The position numbers and the translations under genes are program-made. Below are positions 51,992-64,000 of a stretch of DNA of 64,000 bases, piece by piece. Under the pieces are notes generated by a model. The model was not told the DNA's origin. It saw only the letters and a program-made list of their open reading frames with translations, and did not search any database. Position 1 is the first letter of the stretch. Each line of letters opens with the position of its first letter. Source of the stretch: Octopus bimaculoides (taxonomy: Eukaryota); NCBI RefSeq assembly GCF_001194135.2, contig NC_068984.1, forward strand, positions 56,579,093 through 56,643,092, read 5' to 3'.

Positions 51992-52554
51992 CACAGGTCA
52001 GCAAATGGGTAAATTACCCCAAGTGAGGTAAAAATGAAATTCTTGGGGATAATGAGGAGTCATTAGACATAAGTAAAATTATATAAAAAATGTGTTCCTT
52101 GTTACAACAGAAATTTTTCTTCTGGCATGAAGAGGCAGTCAAAAGGTTGCTGCCTTTTGCAACAATCTACCTTTGTGAACAAGTATTTTCCACTCTAATA
52201 AACATAAAAACAAAGCAGAGTAATCGACTGGACCCCGAAGACAATCCAAATTGCTCTGACATCAAAATGTTCCAACTTTGATGTAATTGTAACAAAAATG
52301 AAACAGTTCTCTAAAACCTGAAGTGAAAAAGCTTTTAGAAAAATCCTTTTGTTTCATAATGAGGATATTAATTGATTTTATCGCATTTGTTTTATACTTT
52401 TTATATTTATAATTGTATTGTCCATATAAACAGATTCAATAAACCTTTTGAATTCAAAGAATCTATGATTTTCTTCCTTTCAAATCAAGTGGGTAATGTT
52501 GGCATGAATAAATATATTCTGGGGTAATTGGTTAAAAATGTTCCTCGCCTCCTG
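51992..52554 (+). mobile_element. Internally deleted hAT (Charlie/Buster-type) transposon, 563 bp
   Basis: Identical 8-bp TSD CCCTATAT at 51984-51991 and 52555-52562; CA...TG termini; contains the transposase C-terminus 'AVKRLLPFATIYLCEQVFSTLINIKTKQSNRL'. Confidence 0.9.
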
Positions 52555-52784
52555 CCCTATATCAGTCACAACAGGAAGAGTAGGGACAAATTCTAATAGT
52601 TTCCTGACCTAAGCAGTAGTTTCACAGTTTGAACTAGTTTTTAGTACTTGTCTGAGAAAATATATGTTGAATTCCAGTTTGAGTGGGGATGTTGATTGTA
52701 ATGTTTGATTAATTGTTGTCATCTAGCATAAGCAGACATTTTTCTTTATGGATGGTATTATTTTTATCTATGGATTTATCTGTA

Positions 52785-53298
52785 GGATGAAGTGGTGAGA
52801 AAGAATCTTCAGACATTGGGCCTCTTAGAGGAGATAACAAGGGACTGGTTTGCTGTGCTTGAGAAGATACACTGAGCTAAGTCAAATCATGGATATCCAT
52901 GCATTCAGGCATGTCCTCTACATCTCAATCTCAACCAAGTGACCATAGTCCTGTGGCAGGGTCATGAGTGCTGATGCCATTTAAAAGCACCCATCCCAGT
53001 GTCATGTAGAAGCTACCATGCTGGTGGCACATAAAAGTGCCCATGCCACATAAAAGTACCCATGCCAGTGCTATGTAAATGCGCCTGTGCCAATGCCATG
53101 TAAAAGCACCTATGACAGTGTCACATAAAAGCACCTAGTACACTCTGCAAAGTGGTTGGCATTAGGAAGGGCATCAAGCTGTAGAAACCATGCCAAAACA
53201 GACAAATGGAGCCTGGGCAACTCTCCAGCTGACCAACTCCTGTCAAACCATCCAACCCATGCCAGCATGAAGAACAGATTTTAAAAGATGATGATGAT
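52785..53298 (+). mobile_element. RTE LINE 3' end (ORF2 end, 3' UTR with tandem units, (GAT)n tail)
   Basis: 'DEVVRKNLQTLGLLEEITRD...VLEK' followed by seven GCCACATAAAAGCACC-like units and the standard RTE tail. Confidence 0.8.
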
Positions 53299-54574
53299 TT
53301 ATATAATTTTTTAGAGTCTAGTCTGGTGAGTAAGGCAGAATCCATGATCTCTGAGGCTGGGAGATTAGGAAAGTGAAAAAAAGGTTAAAAAAAAAAGAAG
53401 AAAAAGAAAGAAAGAAAGAAAGAAAAAGAAAAAATGATTTCTGCATTATCTTTAGTCTGCAGACCTGTTTCTGAATGCTTACAACTGAGTGGAAACAGAG
53501 TAGAAATAAAGGTAGTATAGTTAAATCTTAGGCTATGGTAGAAATCACTTCCTCAAAGGGCCTCTCAGAGGGAACAAGCCTGGGATTACAGAATTGTGAA
53601 GTAAACTCCATAACCACATGGACATTCATGTAGTTATAAAGTTACAAAAGACTAAAAATGTTTTTTAAAAAATAAGTAAATGAATTTTGATTGTTACTGA
53701 TAATAAATATTATGGATACCACCTGAGGTAGCAACTTTGGCAATGTTACTGAATTGGTAGCTTTCTATAAGAACGTTAACAGAAAATACCACTTTAATGT
53801 AATAACCACCATTGTAGAAAGCAGAGTATCGTGTAACACAGTGCCATAAATACATTGCAAAATCCCCAACTGGATGTACTAATAGATTGAGAAATGTTGA
53901 GTGAATAATTCCAGAACTGGGTACAAACTACCTTACTCATACTTAAATAATCTTTTGTTATAAACTCTAACCTTCCTACTATGTTATCTACCTTGTTCTT
54001 GACTTTTCTTTCTGTTTGTTCTTCACAGTGTTCTTTAGTCTTCCTACCCCACCGGATAAAAACAAGAATATGTAATGTTATCCGGCTATGAAACATGCCA
54101 TAAGAACAGAATGAAAATAATGATATTCCTTGTTTGTTTGATTTTTTTTTTTTCACCAACATTTATATTCTCTACGGATTCATTTCTGCTAAATTTGTCT
54201 TGAAAAGAGAGGAATATTAATAGTTATTATTATTTAGTCAAAATCCTTGACTGCATCGAGGATAGAAAATAAAGTATTTGTTGTTGTTGTTATTGACATA
54301 ATTGTTGTTGTTTAACTTTAGATCAACCCTGATAGAGCAAATTTACATCACAGAACTTTCTATTTATGAACATCCCACTTTATTCGAGACAATGTTTCCA
54401 GAACGTTCCCTGCTCCCCATTTTAAATGGTGTGTTGTGATTTGAGAGAATTTTGGTTGTCATTTCTAGAAGGTTGAGTAACTACAATTTCAAAAGTAGTT
54501 AAAAAATATATCACTGCATTGTTATAATTTATATCTTATAAGGATGTTGGATTGAAAGAATTGATACAGTGATG

Positions 54575-54720
54575 AACAGAATACCTTAAACTATATATTC
54601 TCACTCTTTACATTCTGAGTTCAGTTCTTACCAAAGTCAACTTTGCCTTTCATCCTTCTGAGGTCAATAAAATAAAGTACCACTCAAGTACTGGGTTATA
54701 AGTAAATACCATAAATATAT
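54575..54720 (+). mobile_element. Partial SINE family D
   Basis: 'acattctgagttcagttc...ctttgcctttcatccttctgaggtcaataaaataaagtacc'. Confidence 0.65.
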
Positions 54721-56042
54721 ATATCATTAGCGTAAGGCCTGAAAACACAACATATAAAGTGCTTTTTAAGCCTGCAATTCTTAGTTGCTTTGACTCATTA
54801 AGGATTAGCATGAAAAAAACCATTCCAATAAATCTTCATCTATAGATCCTGAAATTGGCAGAATATTTCTGCTACTCCTTTAATAATATTAATTATTTAA
54901 GAACAAATATATAAATTTTTTCTCTATATTATGTCCTTGGCAAGGTTGTTAACTGGCCACCTTTAACTTGTTAACTTAGACATAAATAAACAACATAAGA
55001 AAGTACAGTTTACTTTTTCAAGTTGTATGAACAACATACAGTACACACATATTTTGGTATCTGCCATCACTTCTCGATTATTTATAATCAATATTGCAAA
55101 TTTTCTCAATCTTTGGAAACATATTTTGTTGTGTATATTTTTCATAAATTTTGCTTCCAGCTGGTGTTCCTCCTAGTGATAGGTAGAATGGTGCATGTGG
55201 TATTGCTTAGTCTGAATTCTTGGCTTTGTAGACAGTAACCTCACAACCACAGCTTTATAGCAACAGTTTTTTTTTTTATCTCCACAGGAGTATCTGTATT
55301 AATGCCATAAATTTTATGTGGTTTTTGTTTCCTAGAATCTGTTTGTGGTTTCTTTGCCTCTTGTTTGCATTTTATTGTTTTTATATATTGAATGTAAATG
55401 TGGACACTTAGTGGATAGGATAACACGAAACAAAAGTACATATATAATATAGGATTTGAACTCATATTTCTTGGCTGTCCCTAAAGTTGTGAATTTGAAT
55501 TCCATTTTGTGTTTGAGTTAGCCAGGTTGCATTTATTGCCTCTATAGATCAGAAAATTATTTCCCAGTTTCTATCGCATTTCTTTTTTATTTCCTTATTC
55601 ACTTGAAACTAATGGATAGTTTTGATAATTTTTTTCTCTACATAGATATAAAACTGGCAATTTTGTAACTTACAATCTTTAAGATTTCTTAAGGTTATTA
55701 GTAAATATGACAAATTGGATTTTCATAAAAAAAAGAGATCCCACCATCTTATATCATAAGTACTTTAATTCTCTAATTTTGTGAATACATCCAGTCTATT
55801 TATATATGGAACAATAAATAGCTAAACAAATTCTGCTTCAGGTATTAGTATTTATTAGTATTTGTTATGATAGTATTAATCTGAGTACTTGTACAAGTGT
55901 ATATTTAGTATAATGTCTACACAAAATTAATTTTTCCTGTGTAAAAATGTGAAAGGTAATTACCTTCTTTGATTAGTTTATCTATTTACTCAAGTGGTTT
56001 GCTCATTTTACTTTTGTCTTTCCATGCTAGCATAGGTTAGAC

Positions 56043-56380
56043 CATAGGTTCTCAAAGTGGGTGCTACTGCCTCTTGGTGGGCATTGAGAGGGTCCAGGTG
56101 GGCGCTGATGTCTAAGGGAGCAGTACTGGGTGGTGATGGGGGCGGTAGAGAAAAGGAGGCATTAGAAGGAAGGTAGTGGATTGGGGGATGCTATGAATCT
56201 ATAATATTATTGTAGTATTATATACAAATTATATAATATTATATTAAATATCAAATGATTCATAGTATATATAAATTAGTAAAATATGAAATATTTATTT
56301 ATACATAAAAATAGGAGTGGGGTTGCTGAGGGTATTATGTGGCTATGAGGGTGGGGGGCCGAAAAGTTTGAGAACCTCTG
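56043..56380. mobile_element. hAT MITE, 338 bp, inserted into an RTE-tail remnant
   Basis: TSD GGTTAGAC at 56035-56042 and 56381-56388; terminal inverted repeats CATAGGTTCTCAAAGT and AGTTTGAGAACCTCTG (14/16 match). Confidence 0.92.
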
Positions 56381-56739
56381 GGTTAGACAAACATATATTG
56401 CATAGGTATTATATAGCCGGATCCCCTTCCTGTCACTAATCCTTGCCTGTTTTTCAAGTATATGGCTCAGGTATGTCTACACTTAAAGTTTGCAACTCCA
56501 GTGGGGAGCCACCATCTTCTCCAGAATATTGATCTACTGCGGGCTGTCTAGAGATATACCCCATTTCTTGAATATATTGCTTCTCAACGTATTGAGATAC
56601 TGAAGTTTCAATGTCTAGGAACTATCCAAAATATTTCTTTCCTACAAATTTGGCCACCTTTGCAAATTCAATACCTCTGACTCTCATGGAAATGCTTATA
56701 AAATCAAAGAAACAGCACATATAATAATAATAATAGTGA

Positions 56740-56900
56740 CATTTTGTCTTTACATTCTGAGTTTGAATTTCACCAAGGCTGACTTTGTCTTTTCTTCCTT
56801 TGAGATCCATAAAATAAGTACCGGCTGAACCCTGGGTCAATGTAATCGACTTATCCTTCTTAAAATTATTGATCTTGTGCCAAAATTAGAAAGAATTATT
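56740..56900 (+). mobile_element. Partial SINE family D
   Basis: Shared body and 'cttgtgccaaaattagaaagaattatt' end. Confidence 0.65.
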
Positions 56901-57050
56901 TTTTTTTGTTATTTATGTATTCATTTTATCATTTCATTATATGTAAATCCCAACACTTTGTGTCTGTCTTTGTATTGTCCCTTCATCCTTTGCCCTGGTG
57001 GCAAATAAGTTAAATCATTGTCATGATCATGATCATTATTATAATTTTTA

Positions 57051-57516
57051 AGGTGGCAAGCTGGTAGAATTGTTAGCATGCTTGGCAAAATGCTTAGTGA
57101 TATTTTGCTCATCATCACATTCTAAGTTCAAATTCCACCCAAGTCGACTTTATCTTTCATCCTTTCAGGGTCAATAAATTAAGTACCAGTGAAACACTGG
57201 GGTCAATGTAATCGATTAGTCCCCTCCCCCAAAATTTCAGGCCTTGTACCTTTAGTGGAAAGGATTATTATTAAGGCGGTGAGCTAGCAGAGCCATTAGC
57301 ACACCAGGCAAAATGCTTAGTGGCATTTGGTCCATCCTTACATTCTGAGTTCAAATTCTGCTGAGGTTGAATTGACCCTTCATCTTTTCAGGGTCGATAA
57401 ATTAAGTACCAGTGAAACAATGAGATCGATGTAATTGACGTATTCACCCCCCAAAAAAAATTTCAGGTATTTTGCCTTTAGTAGAAAGCATTATTATTAT
57501 TGTTATTATCATTATT
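57051..57516 (+). mobile_element. Two head-to-tail SINE family D copies with (ATT)n tails (57051-57272, 57273-57516)
   Basis: Heads 'aggtggcaagctggtagaa' and 'aaggcggtgagctagcaga'; each has the B-box-like 'ttctgagttcaaatt' and begins directly after an ATT tract. Confidence 0.85.
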
Positions 57517-57519
57517 TCT

Positions 57520-58628
57520 TTTTATCACAGGTTTTGTTGGAACTTCTGGAGTCTTGCATGTATAGTAGGCTTGCTACCTGCAGCCTACAGTATCATGCGA
57601 TCCATTCTTTTCAGCTATCTGATACTTTCCTGATTATTCTGGCTGTGCAGTTCTACCGGGCACTCTATTCCAATTTCCTTTATATTCCTCTTGATGCCTT
57701 CTGATACTGTTCCCAAGGATCCAATAATAATTCGCACTACCTTGGCCTTCTTCATTTTCCATAGCCAGGCTATTTTGTACTTAAGAAGGTTGTATTTATT
57801 TTTTTGTCTTCCTTCTTGATTATTCACGGGTCAAAGGGGCATGCAACATCTACTATATAGCACATGTAGTGCACCTTGTCAACCACCACTAGATCTAGTC
57901 TGTTATGCTCTAGCACCTGATCTGTTTGGATTGGGAAATCCCAGAGGATTTTGCTAGTCTCCAACTCTGCCATTCTCTGCAGTTTGTGCTCATACCATGA
58001 CTTGCCTCTCTCCAGTCCCCACTTAACACACAGTTTCCAGTGTAGCACTTTCGCTATCTGATCATGTCGCCACAACTTGTGGTGGTTTTGGGCAAATCTA
58101 GGGCGTTCGTTTGTGACATGGGGAATGGTTTCATCCACCCCATTACAGATGCAGCTCAATGGAGTCACATGCTCATTCCAAAGGTTGACCCTCCAATTCG
58201 TGACCAAAGCTTGGTCTTGCACTGCCAATATAGTGCTCCTGGTCTCTTTTTTTTAGTGCCCCTTTTTTCAGCCAACCCCACCTATTTTTCCAGTAACTTC
58301 TCTTGTGGCTACATGAAATTGATTGTGTAGACCCATGTTGCATAATTCTTCTTTGTGTCCTTTTTGTACTTCTTCCTTTGTTTTTCCTTTTTCTCTGTTT
58401 TCAATACTCCCTCATTCCTAACTGACACTTGCAAGGTTTCCTTATTTTGGGCTAGGTATCTCATTAAGCTCTTGAGTTTGATACACATGCAATCTTCCAC
58501 ACTTATCAGTCCTATTCCTCCAGTTGCTCTTTTCATGTATAGGCGATCAGTGTCTGCATGTAGATGATGGGTTCCATGCATTGTCAAGAGCATTTTTGAC
58601 TTCCTGTCCATCTCCTTTAATTCTTCCT
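57520..58628 (-). mobile_element. 5'-truncated Dong/R4-clade LINE (post-RT region, zinc knuckle, restriction-like endonuclease)
   Basis: 'MDRKSKMLLTMHGTHHLHADTDRLYMKRATGGIGL', 'AVQDQAL', 'CICNGVDETIPHV...RHDQIAKVLHWKLC', 'WDFPIQTD...HNRLDLVVVDK...IVDVACPFD' and 'IIIGSLG'; (ATT)n on both sides. Confidence 0.9.
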
Positions 58629-58650
58629 ATTATTATTATTATTATTATTT

Positions 58651-59107
58651 AGGACAGTGAGCTGGCAGAATCTTTAGTACACTGAGCAAAATGCTTAGCA
58701 GTATTTTATGCATTGTTCAAATTTTGCCAGAGTTGTCTTTGCCTTTCATTCTTTCGGGGATCAATGGAATAAGTACCAGTTACACACTGGAGTCGATATA
58801 ATCGACTTGACCCCCACCAAAAGACAAATTTTAGGCCTTGTGCTTATAGTAAAAAAGATTACTATTATTATTATTATTATTTAGGGCAGTGAACTGGCAA
58901 AATCGTTGGCATGCCATGCAAAATGCTTAATGGCATTTCATCTGTCCTGACATTCTGAGTTCAAATTCCATTGAGATCGACTTTGTCTTTTATCCTTTCA
59001 GGGTCAATGAAATAAGTACCAGTTAAGCACTGAGGTCAATGTAATTGACTTACATTGTCCCCCCCAAATTGCTGGCCTTGTGCCAAAATTTGAAACCATT
59101 ATTATTG

Positions 59108-59142
<35 letters not shown>

Positions 59143-59143
59143 T
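58651..59143 (+). mobile_element. Two more head-to-tail SINE family D copies with (ATT)n tails (58651-58882, 58883-59143)
   Basis: Heads 'aggacagtgagctggcagaa' and 'agggcagtgaactggcaaaa', each directly after (ATT)n. Confidence 0.85.
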
Positions 59144-60049
59144 AAGATATTACATAGTATCCAATATTGTGATGTTGTTGACTGAAGATATTGTGTCTGC
59201 CAGGGGTTTGTATTGTCTGTCAAGTCACAACAAGGACTTCAGACAGACAGTACTTTATGCAATATGCATGCTGTTCCAAGTAATTCCAATTTTTGCAATG
59301 CACCTAGACTGTAGGGTATTTCTAAAGTTTCTAGATGTTTCTTTAGGTTGGGTGGTATTAAACCTGATGCTCTGATGACAAGAGGGACAACCTTTATATT
59401 TGATTCTCGTAGCCACCACATCTTGACAATCTCAATTCTCAGGTTTCCATATTTATTGATATTTTCTCGTTTTTTCATGATAATACGTTGATCACCTGGC
59501 ACTGCCACATCAATTATTAGGCACTCTTGTTTCTCCCTCCTAAATGTTACTATGTCTGGCCTTCGGTGCTCTAACACCTTGTCCGTCTGGAACTCAAAGT
59601 CTCAGAGGATTCTTGCCTTCCCCTTTCCATCCATTACCTTTTCTGGTTTATGTTGGTACAAAGCACCCATTACCTCATACTAACAATATGAGTCACGTTT
59701 TTGACCCTCTTCCCATACATTCTGCAGAGGGTCATTGCACTTGTGTGGTATATATCCCTTTTCACTGACTTGGTGTTCAATGCCTGATCCTGGGCAGTGA
59801 TGATTAGGCTTTCAGTCTTCTTTTTTAGGTCACCTTTGCCACCTCCATGATGCTTCCTGATCTTTTAAGTCATTAGTTTCATGGTGGAACTGACCATATA
59901 ATTCCATGCGGAGTAGAGTTTCTTCTCTCTTGGTCAGAATTTATTAGCATTCTTAAGTCCATTTCTGATAAGTCCTTCTGCATTAGCAGCAAACTGTAGC
60001 ATGTCTTGTTTGTTATTTACCAAATACTCTGCCATGTTTCTTCTTTCAC
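59144..60049 (-). mobile_element. Second 5'-truncated Dong/R4-clade LINE
   Basis: 'LYGQFHHE...KGDLKKKTESLIITAQDQALNTK' and the RLE 'HRRPDIVTF...CLIIDVAVPGD...KY...VVPLVIRASG...LQKLELLGTACILHKVL'; (ATT)n on both sides. Confidence 0.9.

Positions 60050-60133
<84 letters not shown>
60050..60133. repeat. (ATT)n microsatellite
   Basis: Direct inspection. Confidence 0.97.
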
Positions 60134-60134
<1 letters not shown>

Positions 60135-60770
60135 TCATTAACTTAAGGGTGAGCTGAAAGTACTTCAACATTTTACTACTTTTTTACATAAAATTATTAT
60201 ACTTGTATTTGTGAATTGTTCACAATGGAATGGCCAAGTGGATAGGGTATTACACAAGTGGACTTTTTGTTCATGGTTATGAGTTCAAAACTGCTGTTGG
60301 TGTTTTTGTTTTATTTTATTTTTCTTGTAGGCAACTTTAATATTTTTTCTATTTAGTTAACTGTAGACTAGATATAAGATTTGGTTCTGGAAAAAAGTTA
60401 ATTGGACTCATCATTAATTGTTGTTAGTGTTGTATAGCCCATGCTCAATCCTTATTGAGCAGACTATGATTAGGGTTATTTCAGCCATCTCTGTTTTAAG
60501 TTTTCTTATATGTACTTTTCTATGACTGTAGGGTGTGATTTGAAGGAGATTTGAGTGTTATTTCTAGTATGATAAGTGACCATGTAAAGGCTTCCTTGTT
60601 GGTTCATCAAATCTCTAGTTACGAAATATTAAAATATAATCAATGAGTTGAGAAGTAACAAGACGCCAAATGTGTTGGATGATGAATGCTAGAAAAACTG
60701 TATACTTGTATGGTTATGTAGTTATGTAAATGTATTGCTATGTTATAGTGAATGAGTGAGTTTATATGCT

Positions 60771-60805
<35 letters not shown>

Positions 60806-63159
60806 ATGTGTGTACATGTGTGTACTGTGAGATTATGGCAGCATTTATCTGTAGCAGCAATATATTAAAAAAGACATCCCTAAGAATCTTGAATCTGATT
60901 CTGACAGATGAGGTTATACAATATCAAGATGCAGAAAGTTATAATGCAATGAAAATAGAGAAAAAAGGTGTTAAAATGATAATTGTTTGAAGGTAACATT
61001 GAAATTTTCTATTAAAGAAAATTAACTTCTTTTTAAACTTAGAAGGAAATCATTTCAATCTCCTTCAAAAAATAAAATAAAATAAGCTATCAATTACCAT
61101 TACAACTACAACAAGCAACTATGTAAACAATGTCAATTTAGGCATGATGTAGTTAGTATTTGTGTTGAAGTATCCCCTTTGTACAATTTCTCATTGTGAA
61201 TCTTTGATTGGTTAGCCAAGTGAGTGTTATAAATATAATCTTTTTCCATTATACCGAGTGGCTGGCTCTGTTTGAAAATATAAATTGTGAATTTAAATGA
61301 AATAAATTAATGAAGTAAAATGGCTATGAGAAACTATAAAATAAATTACTTTGGTAAGTTATTGCAATCAAGAAAATTATTTACTGAGATTACATCAGTT
61401 AAATTTTCTTAATAGTAATACTTGTAGTTTATGAAAATGTAAGTTGGCAAAAGAAAAGCATTATTTTTCTTTTAGAAGGCAATTGTTATAAACTCTTAAA
61501 TTTTAATGACATACTTCAGGTAGCAATGAGTATTATTGTATTCTTTTTAGAGACGTTGTTGCCGAGTGATTAAAGTGCAAATCTGATCATGCATAGGTTG
61601 TGAGTTTAAAATATTTATAGATATTGAGTTTGCATCCACAAGTATCTAAAAATGAAATCATTCTCTGTTAAAGCTAGTGGATATTAATAGGAAAGGTATC
61701 CTGCTATGAAAACACTTCAATGACATATCCAAATTTCATTCAGATTTATAAATATATTCTAGATAATTGATTCATAAGCTGAACTCTGCAACACTTACGT
61801 TTTGTGTAGGCTCAGTGTTAAGTTTTTATTAAATCAAGATAATAGTTGATTAAACAATCAAACTGTTTAAGGATGAAAACGACTAATTAGTCATTGAGGA
61901 TCAAAGGAACAATCTATCTGCTTGTAGATTATGCCAATTTTTTCTAATTTATCATATTATCATTTCCATTTCTCATCCATTTGTCTTAATTTTATGCATT
62001 TCTTATTATCTATATATTGAGCATTAAAGAAAGAAGAATGAAGTTAACAATTAAGGAGATACATTGCAAATGTGAATATTTATCAGTTCAAATACACTTA
62101 ATTTAATGTTACATCCTGTTATAGAAAGACTGCTGGAACTTCACTACCTACTCTTCATACAGATGAGTAAGAATAAGTTATTTTCTTTGTATAGATAGAT
62201 GTCATCTCATGGATTTCATCTTCTTCATAATGAATATCATTTTCAAAATTGAATGAGTTTTTAATTTCTCAGAACATATATTTTGGCTGTCTTCAGGGAT
62301 TTAGAAACCTAAGACTTAAGCTAATATCATCTCAAAACTCCAGACAGGAATTTCACATATAGATTAAAGGTGAAACATTTAGTGGAACCTGGCTCCTTGC
62401 CACTTTTAGGTGTGCTAATCCTTGCTACATCAAGTGCACTAATCCTAACTTAGATATAGTAGTATTAATTATGCATACGTTTTTACATAATTTCTATATA
62501 TATGTCATTTAATTAATGATCTATATATTATTGCTAAAGTTACTATAAAATTACACCATGCAACTAACTAATATATTTCTTTCCTATATATATCTTAAAC
62601 ATTATAAAGGGCTATTCAGATATATTAAGAAATAAAGATTAAAGAAATAAAAATTTCAGACATAAGGGTAAACAATATTTCTCATCTAGTTGTCATCTTG
62701 ACATTTAAAGTCTTTCATAATTGTTTCCAAATGTTTTCCAGACAATTTTATCCACCATCTCCTGCCATATTTCTTTCATAAGCAATGAATTTTCATCTGC
62801 CAAATGTTAATCTAAACAGTCCCGACTTGAGAATTGGGGAGACTGGATGCATAACATAAACATCTACAGAAGGATTAACAAGTAAACACACTTGAGTTGA
62901 CAAGCTTAGTTCATGGACAGTTGTATAAACATACATATCCTTGGCGCAGGCATGGCTGTGTTAAGAAATTCACTCGAAAACCATCTGATTCTGAGTTCAA
63001 TGCTACTGCATGACCATCTGGGACAGTGTATTAGGTTGATCAATACCTTGAAAGTGGAACATTGTAGGCAGAAATTGTATGAAAATCCATTGTGTGTGTG
63101 TGTATTTGTATATATACACATACAATCATTTATTCTTTTAAGATTTTGTTCACATTCCA

Positions 63160-63250
63160 ATGACTATTTGTTTTAGTCATTGGAATGTGGCTATACTGGA
63201 GCACTGCCTTCAAGGATTTAGTCAATCATATCAACCCCATTATTTCAAAC
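63160..63250 (-). mobile_element. SINE family A tail fragment
   Basis: 'ttttagtcattggaatgtggctatactggagcactgcc'. Confidence 0.55.
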
Positions 63251-64000
63251 ATGTTGAACTGTGTTTCGTAGACCAGCCGAAATGTAATATTATACTCTAC
63301 TTTCATATTTTATAAATCTCTATATTTGTTGCACTGCTATATTATAGGACATGAATGTAAATAGACATGGACACACACACATGCACGCACACACACGTAC
63401 ACACACACACACACACACACAGAGTTTTTGTTGCCAAAAGACATTGGTATGCCTTTTGGCAACAAAAGACACCATCTGACGGTATCCATTCAGTAGGAAC
63501 AAAGTCTTAACCCCCTCATTGTGAAGTGAACTTCTTCACCACACAGTCATTTCTGTGTCATATGAATGTGTGTGTATTTTGTAGGTATATTGGTGAAGGA
63601 TGTGAATACCAGATAGAAAACTAAAACTTGTGCTCCTGAAACCAAGTCCTTTATGGTATTTGTTCTGCATTGAGTTACAGGCAATCACTGTTGGCATAAA
63701 AAAATACAGTGAACCACTGAATGGCCTTTGAAAACCTATAAACAATAACACTATTGTTCACCATTTGGTGTATAAAATATATAAATAAATAAACATTTTA
63801 TCATTATATACTTATTCTGTAGTTTTAATCATTGATTTTTAAAAAAAAACTAATCTTCATTTTACTTGCTATTGTATTTTAAGAAGATGATGGACTACTT
63901 TTAGATAATTCTAAGTATAGATAGTAACATATTCTAAAGGAAATGAGAGGACATTTTCTTGCTTAATCTTTGATTTAGTTAATATTTGTTGCTTTTGAAT

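Noticed and set aside
53794-54162. 122-aa minus-strand ORF, and a strong plus-strand acceptor at 54028
   Set aside because: No recognisable domain or repeat homology, and no consistent exon chain could be built.
61200-61260. ATTGG and TATAAATA promoter-like pair
   Set aside because: Such motifs are expected by chance at this AT content, and there is no downstream exon support.
62780-62860. 'NSPDL' peptide hinting at a Tc1/mariner fragment
   Set aside because: The flanking residues do not fit and there is no TIR; too weak.

Overview
AT-rich, CpG-depleted eukaryotic DNA from a draft scaffold with six N-gaps. The SINE families, abundant RTE LINEs and microsatellites point to an invertebrate, most likely an octopus or other cephalopod (inference). 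I could not recognise any host protein-coding exon, rRNA, true tRNA or CRISPR array, so the window looks intronic or intergenic. It is a layered transposon graveyard: at least four SINE families, several RTE LINE copies (two with a PHD-like zinc finger inside ORF2), two Dong/R4-clade LINE fragments in (TAA)n tracts within head-to-tail SINE arrays, a DD37D (maT) Tc1/mariner relic, hAT and TTAA (piggyBac-type) MITEs with intact target-site duplications, and Penelope-like remnants. The best lead is 36981-37790: two 223-bp direct repeats 439 bp apart, each carrying a minus-strand type I minimal hammerhead-ribozyme motif, plus an inverted segment. This is the layout of a Penelope pseudo-LTR or non-LTR retrozyme that could release a ~439-nt circular RNA. 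A loop-less 360-bp palindrome at 23103-23462, with a decayed hammerhead motif in each arm, is the second lead. All alignments, counts and folds were done by eye.
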